DNA of 25,918 nucleotides from a virus. How positions within the stretch are numbered: the first letter of the stretch is position 1; each line of letters starts with the position of its first letter. Where the stretch lies: UHGV virus genome UHGV-0362220; one strand, written 5' to 3'. Below the pieces are notes generated by a model that saw only the letters and a program-made list of their open reading frames with translations, had not been told where the DNA came from and searched no databases. The position numbers were made by a program, and so were the translations under genes. Below are positions 8,629 through 17,327 of this stretch, piece after piece.

Positions 8629-11600
8629 TCAGCATTCCTCCGTCACGTCGCATGGACAGCATCACCGCCTGCACCCGCTGGTCAATCAGCTGCACAAGAC
8701 TGCCTGCCGCCTCCGCCCCTATCTGTCCGTTAGCCCCGTCATTCTGAATGGCGATGTGGTAGACCGGGGAATACACCAGACCGGCACTGCCGTTCATACT
8801 GCCCACCGCGCGTACGCCCAGCGAGCCATCCGCCGCCCGGGTCAGGGGCATAATGGCTTCAGGTCCGGCTTCCCCCATCAGCCCGGCCCCTTTTGCAAAC
8901 GCAAAGTACGTGGGCGTGTCCACAATGCTGTTGCTGTACGCACTCAGGTTTGCCGAGGTATACACGCCGCCTTTTGCATTGGCCACCGCACCGCCCAGCC
9001 AGTCACCAATGCTGCCAATAAATCCTCCCGCACCGGACATACCGTTTGCCGCCGTCTTAATTCCGTTGACAATCGCAGCATTCATAAGAACTTTTGAGAT
9101 TTCCTGCAGTACGGATGAGGCCCAGTTGCGCCATTCCACTTTGTTTCCGTTCAGCATCTCCGTGATGTTATTCACCATCCCTGAGATACCCTCCGTCGCA
9201 AGCTGTGCTGCCTGTGAGGCGTAATCGGATGCATTGTCCACCCAGTTACTGAGCCCCTCCTGCAAGCCTTTCTGCCAGTCCGCACGCTGCGCATCCGATT
9301 CGGCATAAAAGGCTGCCTGGTCCTTAAGGCGTTCGCTCAGATACTGCGCGTTCTGTGCCCGTGCCTGTCTGTAAAAATCCTCACTGATATCCCCGGTCTG
9401 ATACTGAGACTGAAGGTCCGCATCCTTCTGGCGGAAGCTGTCACGGATCTGCTGCAACTCCCGCATGCGTTCCCTGGCTCGTTCTCCCTGCCCGTATCCC
9501 AGCAGTTCGGCTTCATTTGATGCACGCGCAGCCACATTATCATTCTTCAGGGTCTCTTCCCGGGATCGCAACTGTTCCCGGATTTTTTGCTGGTCAATCA
9601 GGGCCGCGTTACGCAGCAGTTCCTGCTTCTGCATCTCCGTCAGGGTTTTCAGTTCGCCCTGCGCAGTCTGGTACTTCAGCTTCGCCAGCTCTGTATTCTG
9701 ACCCGCCAGTGCCAGTTGCTCTTTCTGCTGCTTCAGTAGCCGGGAAAAACTGTCTTCCGCTTTTTCCGTCTCTGATTTTCCACCCCGGGATTTAGGTTTG
9801 TTCGCCTCGTTATTACGCCAGGCTTCCAGAGCATTACTGATATAACGCTGTCTCGCCTCCTGATACGAATCCCCCACAAAACCAAGGTCATCCGCCGCAT
9901 ACCCCAGCCGGGCACGCTCTTTTTCCTCCCCCTTCAGTCGGGACAGGGCCAGCTCACGTTCTGTTTTTGTCAGGGCGCTCTGCTGTTTATCATCCAGGGT
10001 GGCCTGCGGCAGCCGTAACGGTACATTCACCAGTCCCTGACGCTGCTGAAGCAGTTCATTCCCCAGCCCCAGCAGACGGTTGAATTCCGTATGCTGACCG
10101 TTCATAACCAGCATGGACTGGTACACCTTATTCTGCTCTGCCGCCTGCTGACGAATTAACGCCACACGACGGTCTTCCAGCCCGGCAAGCACATCCTGAA
10201 TGGACTGCGCTTTTTCCTGCATCTGTGCCAGACGGGACTGCTCAACGGCAAGCTGCTCTGTTGCCTGAGAAAGCCCTTCCGTCACGGTCTTCACCGATGT
10301 CAGATGGTTTATCATGAATCCGTCACCGGTTGTCCAGCCAGGGTTAGCCAGAACATACTGATATCCAGCGATTTTTTCCTGCAGGGATTTCACCCGGCTG
10401 GCCTGTTCATCAATCAGCCGGTTCTGCTCTGCCAGCGCCGCCCGTGTTCGTCCTTCATTATCTGAGGCTTCAGGCAAAGACATTGACGGCGTTTTATGCG
10501 CGATTTCATCTATCGTCAGTGCATACTGGCGCGCTGACTCCCTGGCCTGCTCCTGATTCTGGTACAGCGTATACCATGCTGCTGCCCCCAGCATCACCAG
10601 TCCGGGTACGCCACCAACCAGTCCCAACGCACCAGTCATCAGACGTGAGCCCACCGCCGTTGTACTGTTCAGCTCATTCTGGGCTGCGGTTCTGGCAGCA
10701 ATATTTCTGTTCAGGCGTTCCTGTGTGGCCGCCAGACGGGCTTCTGCAGCAATCTGCATCTCCGTCCCGCGGGCTGCCGCCACAGCCTGCTGTGCACGGT
10801 ACACGGCTGCCCTTGCCCGCGCCGTGGCAATCTGCGTCCCCCTGAGCTGTGCTTCCGCCAGTGCCACTTCATTACGTGCTGCCGTCACAAGTCCTGCCGT
10901 GGCAGACACCGCTCCGGAGGCCATATTGCCAAAGTACCGGGCAACCCCGACGGCAACCAGCGCCCCCGCGGCTGTTGCCACATTATCAATATTACCGGCA
11001 ACACCGTTCAGCACGCCGGAGAGCGTTTTCGTCGCTCCGCTGGCTTCATTCGCGCCACCCACCCAGGCCATAAAGGCGTTTTCCACCTTTGTGATCCCGT
11101 CAGAGACCGTTTCCGGCATGGCGGCATATTCATCACGCAATACCCCCAGCTGGCTGATTAACGCAGGAACGACTTTATCCGCCGTCAGTTTGCCGTCGTC
11201 CGCCATCGCCTTAAGGTCTTTACGGGCCACGCCCATACCCGCAGCCAGTGCACGTACGATCCGGTCTCCGCTTTCATTGACCGAATTAAATTCCTCACCG
11301 CGTAACACACCCTGTGCCAGCGCCTGGCTGAACTGGGTGATCACCGAGCCCGCCTCTGCCGTACTGGCACCGGAGATTTTCAGCCCCGTGGAAATGGCCT
11401 CCGTCACCTTCAGCACATCATCAGCACTGTAACCATATTCACGCATTGAGGCTGCCGAGCGGGCAAACAGGGCCGCATTATCTGAAAATGCCGTGCCCGT
11501 CCGCTGGCTGATATCCATCAGCACTTTCTGTGATGACGAAAATTCATCGGATGACTGCGACGCCTGTTTCAGTCGGGCATTCACGGAACTCCATTCATCG

Positions 11601-11863
11601 GCCAGAGAAATCAGGTGTCCGGTGGCAAAGGCACCTGCAAATGCCCCCGCCGTTCCGGCAGCTGAAGCGCGGATTTCCGTCAACTGGCTGTTCAGCTCAG
11701 CCAGGGCGCGTCGCTGCACCCGGGCGACTGCGGCAGCCTGACGCCCGCCATTCTGCAGGGTCCGGTAATATTCACTGCCCATGCGGGAAGCCCGCTGGAT
11801 CTCCGACTGGAATGACTGCGAATTTGCCGAAATTTTGATAATCAGTTCACGTAACGTCGCCAT
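8621..11863 (-). CDS. H: tail tape measure protein (1080 aa)
   Basis: Long, mostly alpha-helical A/Q/E/R-rich protein with a Gly-rich hydrophobic segment, located between G-T and M. Length implies a tail somewhat longer than lambda (H is 853 aa there). Confidence 0.9.
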   Translation of the reverse strand: MATLRELIIKISANSQSFQSEIQRASRMGSEYYRTLQNGGRQAAAVARVQRRALAELNSQLTEIRASAAGTAGAFAGAFATGHLISLADEWSSVNARLKQASQSSDEFSSSQKVLMDISQRTGTAFSDNAALFARSAASMREYGYSADDVLKVTEAISTGLKISGASTAEAGSVITQFSQALAQGVLRGEEFNSVNESGDRIVRALAAGMGVARKDLKAMADDGKLTADKVVPALISQLGVLRDEYAAMPETVSDGITKVENAFMAWVGGANEASGATKTLSGVLNGVAGNIDNVATAAGALVAVGVARYFGNMASGAVSATAGLVTAARNEVALAEAQLRGTQIATARARAAVYRAQQAVAAARGTEMQIAAEARLAATQERLNRNIAARTAAQNELNSTTAVGSRLMTGALGLVGGVPGLVMLGAAAWYTLYQNQEQARESARQYALTIDEIAHKTPSMSLPEASDNEGRTRAALAEQNRLIDEQASRVKSLQEKIAGYQYVLANPGWTTGDGFMINHLTSVKTVTEGLSQATEQLAVEQSRLAQMQEKAQSIQDVLAGLEDRRVALIRQQAAEQNKVYQSMLVMNGQHTEFNRLLGLGNELLQQRQGLVNVPLRLPQATLDDKQQSALTKTERELALSRLKGEEKERARLGYAADDLGFVGDSYQEARQRYISNALEAWRNNEANKPKSRGGKSETEKAEDSFSRLLKQQKEQLALAGQNTELAKLKYQTAQGELKTLTEMQKQELLRNAALIDQQKIREQLRSREETLKNDNVAARASNEAELLGYGQGERARERMRELQQIRDSFRQKDADLQSQYQTGDISEDFYRQARAQNAQYLSERLKDQAAFYAESDAQRADWQKGLQEGLSNWVDNASDYASQAAQLATEGISGMVNNITEMLNGNKVEWRNWASSVLQEISKVLMNAAIVNGIKTAANGMSGAGGFIGSIGDWLGGAVANAKGGVYTSANLSAYSNSIVDTPTYFAFAKGAGLMGEAGPEAIMPLTRAADGSLGVRAVGSMNGSAGLVYSPVYHIAIQNDGANGQIGAEAAGSLVQLIDQRVQAVMLSMRRDGGMLSG

Positions 11864-11881
11864 TCACCTTTCTCCGGGCGT

Positions 11882-11902
11882 AAAAAAACCGCCTCAGCGG
11901 TT
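11882..11902 (-). terminator. hairpin plus U7 tract between T and H
   Basis: Minus-strand RNA: AACCGC, loop UGAG, GCGGUU, then UUUUUUU (plus 11888..11882), then SD GGAGAAAGGUGA and the H AUG at 11863. Confidence 0.4.
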
Positions 11903-11910
11903 CTCATCAT

Positions 11911-12590
11911 TCATGACTGTGCTGCGAAGCTCAGCGCGTCTTCCAGCGCCGCAAACGGATCCACCTCCGGCTTATCCTCATCCTCGCCCCAGCAGAGCAT
12001 GGCGTCCTTCAGTGCAACATTCATCCCCTGTGCCCCAAAAACCGCTTTCACGATCTGTGCATTACGGATATCCCCGCGCTCATCACCCAGCGGGGATACC
12101 CTGTCGAACTCCATCCACATCATCGCCTCGCTCACACTCAGGCTGTGCCGCAGTTCGGATAAGGTGCGCCCCAGACGGAGCGCAAGTCGCATCAGAAAGC
12201 GAATTTCCGGGCGGGCTACTTTTTTCTGGCCGACTCTGCATCAGCGATCAGTTCCAGTGCCTGACGCAGCAACCGGGCATGTACCGGACCATAGACGGCC
12301 AGCACCTGCTCACGGTCGTCCGGAGCGAACACCCGCTGCAGATCCGTATCACACAGGACATCGCAGAACAGCGTCACATCCGCTTCTAGGTTACGGCGGG
12401 TTTTCGCCACCACCGACAGGGTATCGTCATCCTCTCCATCACCATTGAGCACTTCCTGCCACAGATACCAGGCCTCTGCCGAAGGCTCCCGCAGCACCAC
12501 GCTGACATTACCCCATTCCGGCACCTTCACCGTTTTATGACGAAACCCTGACAGTCTGGCCAGCGCCAGCGTTTTCAGATCCTTTTTCAT
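11911..12590 (-). CDS. T: tail assembly chaperone G-T fusion, made by programmed -1 ribosomal frameshift
   Basis: G reading frame ends ...AGA AAA AAG TAG; the -1 frame from the last G of AAG (12219) is open and runs into the 11911..12192 ORF (VARPEIRFLMRLALRLG...). Frame arithmetic checked by hand. Confidence 0.7.
12216..12590 (-). CDS. G: tail assembly chaperone G
   Basis: Start at ATG 12590 (MKKDLKTLALARL...) with AAGGGGA upstream, just after the V stop (12605); acidic C-terminus; position between V and H. Confidence 0.8.
   Translation of the reverse strand: MKKDLKTLALARLSGFRHKTVKVPEWGNVSVVLREPSAEAWYLWQEVLNGDGEDDDTLSVVAKTRRNLEADVTLFCDVLCDTDLQRVFAPDDREQVLAVYGPVHARLLRQALELIADAESARKK
12219..12225 (-). 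other. slippery heptamer A AAA AAG for the G to G-T -1 frameshift
   Basis: Minus-strand AAAAAAG directly followed by the G stop codon UAG (12218..12216). Confidence 0.7.
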
Positions 12591-12604
12591 GATGACCCAT
12601 CCCC

Positions 12605-13321
12605 TTATCCGGCGGCTGCGCTCACTGTCACGGTGCATTCAACAGACGTCACACTCTGTGCTTTCTCTGCCGAATCGGTCACCACGCAGGTATATTTCCC
12701 CGCATCAGCGGACTGCGCACCTGGCTTACTGAAGGTGTCTGTCGTCTGCCCGTCAACCGGCTGACCATCCTTCTTCCAGGCGTATTTATACGGCGGCGTT
12801 CCCCCGTTGGCACTGACTGACATTGTCAGCAGCGCACCTGTATTCACGGTAAGTGTTTTATCCAGATTTTTCACAAACGCCAGCGGTACCACAAAGGACA
12901 CCGGTTTGCCTTTCATACGCAGTGAAAACGTTGCTGCCACCACGCCGTTGGTACCGGATGACCAGGTGTGCTGACGCACTTCCGCCAGGAACTTAAAGCC
13001 CTTACCGGACGGAAACAGCACCTTAAACGCATACAACGCGTCATTGTCATAGGCATCACGCAGGGCGTTCTGGGCCTGATTCAGATAAAAATTACCCGAC
13101 ATGGAAATCTCAGACGACGCCCCCAGACCGTTGATGTTCTCCTGCTCGGTGGAGCAGAGCGTGGTCACATCAATATCCTGTTTCTGACCAGCGGTGAACT
13201 GGACTTCCTTGATGGTGCAGTCCAGGCGCAGATATTCCGCCTTATCCATAGTTTCAGCAGTCGCCGGGGCAGATGAAATCATCACCTGCGTCAGCTGTGA
13301 GCGTTCATACAAAGCAGACAT
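12605..13321 (-). CDS. V: major tail tube protein with C-terminal Ig-like domain (V-like)
   Basis: Position immediately upstream of G/G-T; C-terminal ~80 aa show an Ig-like pattern (PPYKYAWKKDG...DAGKYTCVVTD). N-terminal domain is not lambda V-like in sequence, so the call is positional plus domain-based. Confidence 0.8.
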   Translation of the reverse strand: MSALYERSQLTQVMISSAPATAETMDKAEYLRLDCTIKEVQFTAGQKQDIDVTTLCSTEQENINGLGASSEISMSGNFYLNQAQNALRDAYDNDALYAFKVLFPSGKGFKFLAEVRQHTWSSGTNGVVAATFSLRMKGKPVSFVVPLAFVKNLDKTLTVNTGALLTMSVSANGGTPPYKYAWKKDGQPVDGQTTDTFSKPGAQSADAGKYTCVVTDSAEKAQSVTSVECTVTVSAAAG

Positions 13322-13331
13322 TCTGCCTCCT

Positions 13332-13359
13332 GATAATAAAAAACCCGCACGCGGCGGGG
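13332..13359 (-). terminator. hairpin plus U6 tract just upstream of the major tail protein gene
   Basis: Minus-strand RNA: stem CCCGC, loop CGCGU, stem GCGGG (plus 13344..13358), then UUUUUUAUUAU, then SD AGGAGG and the V start at 13321. Confidence 0.4.
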
Positions 13360-13387
13360 TATGGGTTTTGTAGAAAAAAAGAAAAAG

Positions 13388-13732
13388 TCACACCGTGACC
13401 TGAAACTCCAGGGTTGCACGGTAACAGCGGTTTTCCGGAATATAGTCCTGCATTTCACTGACGGATCCCGGGGCCAGCAGCATTATGGCTTCACGGGCGT
13501 CCTGACGTATCTGACGCGCCTGCGTCACAGTCCCGGCATAAACGTCTATCTGCACCGACACTGAGGACTCCGCCTGCCCGCCCATCACGTCCGCAGACAC
13601 CGATGAAATCAGGCTGAAAACCACCCACGGAAGCGCCACCGACGGCCTGCCATCCAGCAGGGGGACCACATACGGGTACACCTGCCCGCCGGCAAGATGC
13701 GCCAGATGAGGATACAAATCCGCCTCCGTCAT
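13388..13732 (-). CDS. tail terminator / neck protein candidate (gpU-equivalent position)
   Basis: 114-aa ORF between the gp10-like gene and the major tail gene, 4-nt overlap with the upstream gene. Call is positional only. Confidence 0.45.
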   Translation of the reverse strand: MTEADLYPHLAHLAGGQVYPYVVPLLDGRPSVALPWVVFSLISSVSADVMGGQAESSVSVQIDVYAGTVTQARQIRQDAREAIMLLAPGSVSEMQDYIPENRCYRATLEFQVTV

Positions 13733-14175
13733 CGTCTCAGTACCTCATCAATGGCCCGGTTCATCCGCGCAATCGCCACCTGAGCTGCCTGTTCACTGCG
13801 CACATCAAACGCCGGGCGCACAAACGGGTGCGGTGGCATATTCACGGTCCCCATTTCCACAAACCGCCAGTAGAAAGCATTGCGCGGGTTATCCGCCTTC
13901 ATGGTGTTATCGCTGTTACCGGTGTCCGGATTAACACCACGGATATGGACACCGGATTCCATCCCGCCATCGCGGGAGCGCCGGGAAAGGACCACCACAT
14001 TGCGGCGCAGTTTTCCCCTGCGTACCGGTGCCCGTGACACCACTTCTTCTTTCAGCACATTCGCACCCGCACGGGTTGCCTCACGCAGCACCCGGTTATT
14101 TTCCGCACCACTCAGAAGCTGCAAATCGCGGCTGATGTCCTCCAGCCCCGAAAAATCCAGCAGGGTTTCGATCAT
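13729..14175 (-). CDS. tail completion protein, HK97 gp10 family
   Basis: Conserved PHPFVRPAFD motif typical of the HK97 gp10 family; position in the head-tail joining module. Confidence 0.7.
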   Translation of the reverse strand: MIETLLDFSGLEDISRDLQLLSGAENNRVLREATRAGANVLKEEVVSRAPVRRGKLRRNVVVLSRRSRDGGMESGVHIRGVNPDTGNSDNTMKADNPRNAFYWRFVEMGTVNMPPHPFVRPAFDVRSEQAAQVAIARMNRAIDEVLRR

Positions 14176-14522
14176 TTTTCCCCTCCCAGCCGACAGAGAA
14201 TTTCCAGACGCCCGCCGGTCGCATCCGGCACGGGCAGCCCGACAACGTTCAGGATCCGGTCACGCCATGGACCACTCAGCACATGAAGTCGTGACGCTGC
14301 CGTGATTTCCCGACCGGACTGACCGCGCACCCAGATGCGGATTTCCGCCTGCGCCATTTCCGCACCGGACTGCATCCGCTCCCGGCTGCTCCTGCCTCGG
14401 ATATCCGCATGAATTTTCCCGCATGACACCCATTCTTCCGTCATTTCTCCGGCAGCGTTACGGGTTAACACCGGGTTCAGAACACTTATCATCTGTGTCA
14501 GACGACCTGCAGATATTGCCAT
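14172..14522 (-). CDS. head-tail adaptor / head closure protein
   Basis: 116 aa; C-terminal pattern (...EIRIWVRGQSGREITAASRLHVLSGPWRDRILNVVGLPVPD...LEILCRL) resembles the head-tail joining family; 4-nt overlaps with both neighbours. Confidence 0.65.
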   Translation of the reverse strand: MAISAGRLTQMISVLNPVLTRNAAGEMTEEWVSCGKIHADIRGRSSRERMQSGAEMAQAEIRIWVRGQSGREITAASRLHVLSGPWRDRILNVVGLPVPDATGGRLEILCRLGGEK

Positions 14523-14531
14523 TCCCCCTCC

Positions 14532-14858
14532 TCATAACACCGTCGGACAACGCAAATCGTAAATCAGCACGGAAACAGAAAACGGCAGCTCCCCCTGAAG
14601 CAGTTCTTCCCGCTCCGCAAGATCCGGATTCCGGTACAGCATCCCGGTCAGTCGCATGGCAGCCCCCTTCATCCGGGTTAATGCCTCGCCCGGGATCAGT
14701 TCACCGTCCTCACGGATCACTTTATCCCGGCTGCCCTGAATGTAGGCCAGCAGCACGGCGGTAGCCTGACGAACCTTGTCCATCAGCATGTCATCATCCG
14801 CGTCATGGTCGACACGCAGATGTGCCTTGATCTCTTCCAGTGTCAGTAATGCCGTCAT
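14532..14858 (-). CDS. head-tail connector protein (gp6-like)
   Basis: N-terminal LTLEEIKAHLRVDHDADDDML motif typical of gp6-like connectors; directly downstream of and overlapping the portal gene. Confidence 0.7.
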   Translation of the reverse strand: MTALLTLEEIKAHLRVDHDADDDMLMDKVRQATAVLLAYIQGSRDKVIREDGELIPGEALTRMKGAAMRLTGMLYRNPDLAEREELLQGELPFSVSVLIYDLRCPTVL

Positions 14859-17116
14859 TTTCCGCCTCCTGCATCCCGCCCACGTTTTGCAGCCAGGGTC
14901 CAGGCTGATGAATGAGCTTCTCCGGGTTTATCTTCGGTCATACTGTTGCAGTGCCACAGCGAGCCCCCCCACGTCACCGTATCGCCGGGGTGGTAGGTTT
15001 CACCGGCTCTGAACACACCGCGGTAGAGCATCACCGGCAGGGAAAATGTTTTTTCCGTACGCTGGCCACTGCTCTGCCGGACCACCACAGAGAACAACCG
15101 CTCACCCGTCATGCTGACGTCAATATCCGCCACCCCGTCAACCAGGCATTCCCATCCCCGCATCCCGTGCGTTTTTTCATACGCCCGCCAGAGTCCGCCC
15201 TGGTGTGTGGCATACGTGCCCCGGGGAAAGGATTTTTGATCGTCAATGGCGGGGAGTATTTCCAGAGCCGTGGCATCACGCCCGTCCTGCGGAGCCGGCA
15301 GGGCACTCACCGCATCCAGAACCGCCTTCTGCAGAACATCCGGATCGTAGTCACGACCATCACGCGGAACATGAATATGGCTTACCGCCTCCTTCACCAT
15401 CTGTTCAAGCATCGGACGCACATCATCCGGGGTGAGACTTTTACCGTCCGCCGGCTGCGGAATATTTGCGACCGCATCATTCACCGCCTGCTGCAGTACA
15501 TCCGGATCATAATCACGACCATCACGCGGTACCGGAATGGCCCCCACAGCGTCATCCACCATCGCCTGCAGAACCGGACGCACCTCATCCACCGTCACAT
15601 GCTTCTGTAATACCGCCGACAGGGAAGTCAGTTTCTCTTCAAACGCTTGTGCCTGCGAGGCCATCTTCCCCTCAAATGTGCGCTGTAAATCCGCCAGCAC
15701 TGTGGAGAATTCTTCTCCCAGTGCACGAATAATGGACAGTTCCCGTTCCGTCATTTTCTCAGTATCCCCCCTGAACATCGCTTTCACCGCATCATGCTCT
15801 GTTTCACTGATTGCCTTATTACCGTCAGATGCGCCGTCAGGCAGCTGTGATGAAACTGTTTTCCCGGCAGACGCGAACGGATCCTCACGGGCATCACGAC
15901 GGGACAGCGCCTCCAGACTGTAGTTCTGCTGCTGAAGATACAGTGCATCACCGCCGGCCAGGGGCGGCAGGTTCTCCCGTTTACGGGCCTCATTGGGCGT
16001 GAGAAGCGTATTTTTCACCGCATCCCCCAGCGTTTTCATGCGCCGCTCACTGTCCATTCTCAGCAGCGTGGTGACATCAAATTCTGTACTCTCGTTTTCC
16101 CCCGTTTCCAGCGCCTCATCCAGTAACAGTTCAATGGACTCAATCAGCGTCTGCAGGCACTGGGAATAATACTGCTGCTCCAGCGCCTCCACGTTGTCAC
16201 TGGAAGGCGGTTGTCCCACGCCAATCTTGTAGGCCGGGACACGGAACACCGAACAGACAATTTCAGCGGTCATCTTCAGTTGTTCCACCGTCTGCGCATC
16301 CACAGGTGAAAACGTCGTGGGGTTGTATTTTGCCCCGTTGCTCAGAATGGCCGTTTTCCCCGCATTTTCGCCTGTATACCCGCTGTCCCAGTTGCTCTTC
16401 AGTTTTTTCGCATTTTCTTCCGTAATACTGCCGGGGATCTCAATCACCCCGGACGGCCTGCCGCCATTTCTGAAAAAAGACGTCGAATTTTCCTGAATAT
16501 GATGCCCCTGCGTGGCCGCCAGCCCGGCGGCATACACCGGCGGCAATCCTATAAGCGGATGAAAAAAACAGTTAAACCGGTCGTGGATCACTTCCCGGGC
16601 AGGCACCGTCACCGCCTCCGTGATCCCGCAGTTCCGGTCCGGCGTGATGCGGTAGAACACCTCGCCGTCATCCGCCACCAGAGGTTCAACCCGGCTCCAG
16701 TCCAGAATACGCAGTTCTTTGATCTGCCCCCGGGCATTACGGATTTTCAGCACCACCGTATTGCCATGACGCAGTTTGGCGTTCAGCCACAGTTCAAAAA
16801 ACTGGATGCGGTTCTGCTGGGCGTTGGGACGACGACAGAGGCGGGCAATATCCCCCCGGCGCGTTTCCCTGCGTATCCCATGCGCATCCGTCTGCATAAG
16901 ACGCAGCCGCATTTTGGCGATATCCTGGGATATCAGCGAAATACATGCAAACACCGCATGAAAGGAGAGGACGGCTTCAGGATCGGCTTTCACGCCCTGC
17001 TGCCAGGCGCCGGAAAAGGGCTCAGCCACCGCCTGAAACAGGCTGGTCCAGCCCGCCTCTCTTACGTCACGTCCTGATTTCTGGTTTTTTCGGGTTCGCC
17101 GTAAAAGGTTCCACAT
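14855..17116 (-). CDS. portal protein (HK97 family) with ~350-aa C-terminal extension
   Basis: N-terminal ~400 aa carry HK97-portal signatures (FFRNGGRPSGVIEIPG..., ILSNGAKYNP..., FRVPAYKIGVG..., LTPNEARKRENLPPLAGGD). The extension holds two ~54-aa tandem repeats (VPRDGRDYDPDVLQ.AV.DAV) and an unrecognised terminal domain. Confidence 0.8.
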   Translation of the reverse strand: MWNLLRRTRKNQKSGRDVREAGWTSLFQAVAEPFSGAWQQGVKADPEAVLSFHAVFACISLISQDIAKMRLRLMQTDAHGIRRETRRGDIARLCRRPNAQQNRIQFFELWLNAKLRHGNTVVLKIRNARGQIKELRILDWSRVEPLVADDGEVFYRITPDRNCGITEAVTVPAREVIHDRFNCFFHPLIGLPPVYAAGLAATQGHHIQENSTSFFRNGGRPSGVIEIPGSITEENAKKLKSNWDSGYTGENAGKTAILSNGAKYNPTTFSPVDAQTVEQLKMTAEIVCSVFRVPAYKIGVGQPPSSDNVEALEQQYYSQCLQTLIESIELLLDEALETGENESTEFDVTTLLRMDSERRMKTLGDAVKNTLLTPNEARKRENLPPLAGGDALYLQQQNYSLEALSRRDAREDPFASAGKTVSSQLPDGASDGNKAISETEHDAVKAMFRGDTEKMTERELSIIRALGEEFSTVLADLQRTFEGKMASQAQAFEEKLTSLSAVLQKHVTVDEVRPVLQAMVDDAVGAIPVPRDGRDYDPDVLQQAVNDAVANIPQPADGKSLTPDDVRPMLEQMVKEAVSHIHVPRDGRDYDPDVLQKAVLDAVSALPAPQDGRDATALEILPAIDDQKSFPRGTYATHQGGLWRAYEKTHGMRGWECLVDGVADIDVSMTGERLFSVVVRQSSGQRTEKTFSLPVMLYRGVFRAGETYHPGDTVTWGGSLWHCNSMTEDKPGEAHSSAWTLAAKRGRDAGGGK

Positions 17117-17283
17117 TCGCCATGCTCCGCATCACGTTTCTTTTTCTGACCTGCCGGACGTCGCACCGTGATGTACTCCGCCTTTCCCAGGCGAACCAGC
17201 ACCTCCGCACACGGCTGTGCCACATCACGGATATCCCCGGCCCGGGCATCATGCGTGCCCTGCAGATATCGGATCTTTGCCAT
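17062..17283 (-). CDS. hypothetical protein (73 aa) between capsid and portal genes
   Basis: ATG at 17283 downstream of an SD-hairpin arrangement; overlaps the annotated portal start by 55 nt; basic and lysine-rich. Coding status uncertain. Confidence 0.3.
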   Translation of the reverse strand: MAKIRYLQGTHDARAGDIRDVAQPCAEVLVRLGKAEYITVRRPAGQKKKRDAEHGECGTFYGEPEKTRNQDVT

Positions 17284-17293
17284 AACCTGTTAC

Positions 17294-17311
17294 GGGAGGC
17301 GCACGCCTCCC
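17294..17311 (-). promoter_or_regulatory. perfect 8-bp stem / 2-nt loop hairpin between an SD and the next start codon
   Basis: GGGAGGCG ca CGCCTCCC. On the minus strand: UGA (MCP stop), UAAGGAGGAC, hairpin, GUAACAGGUU, AUG at 17283. The hairpin contains GGGAGG and sits between the AGGAGG SD and the AUG. Confidence 0.5.
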
Positions 17312-17327
17312 GTCCTCCTTATCAGAC

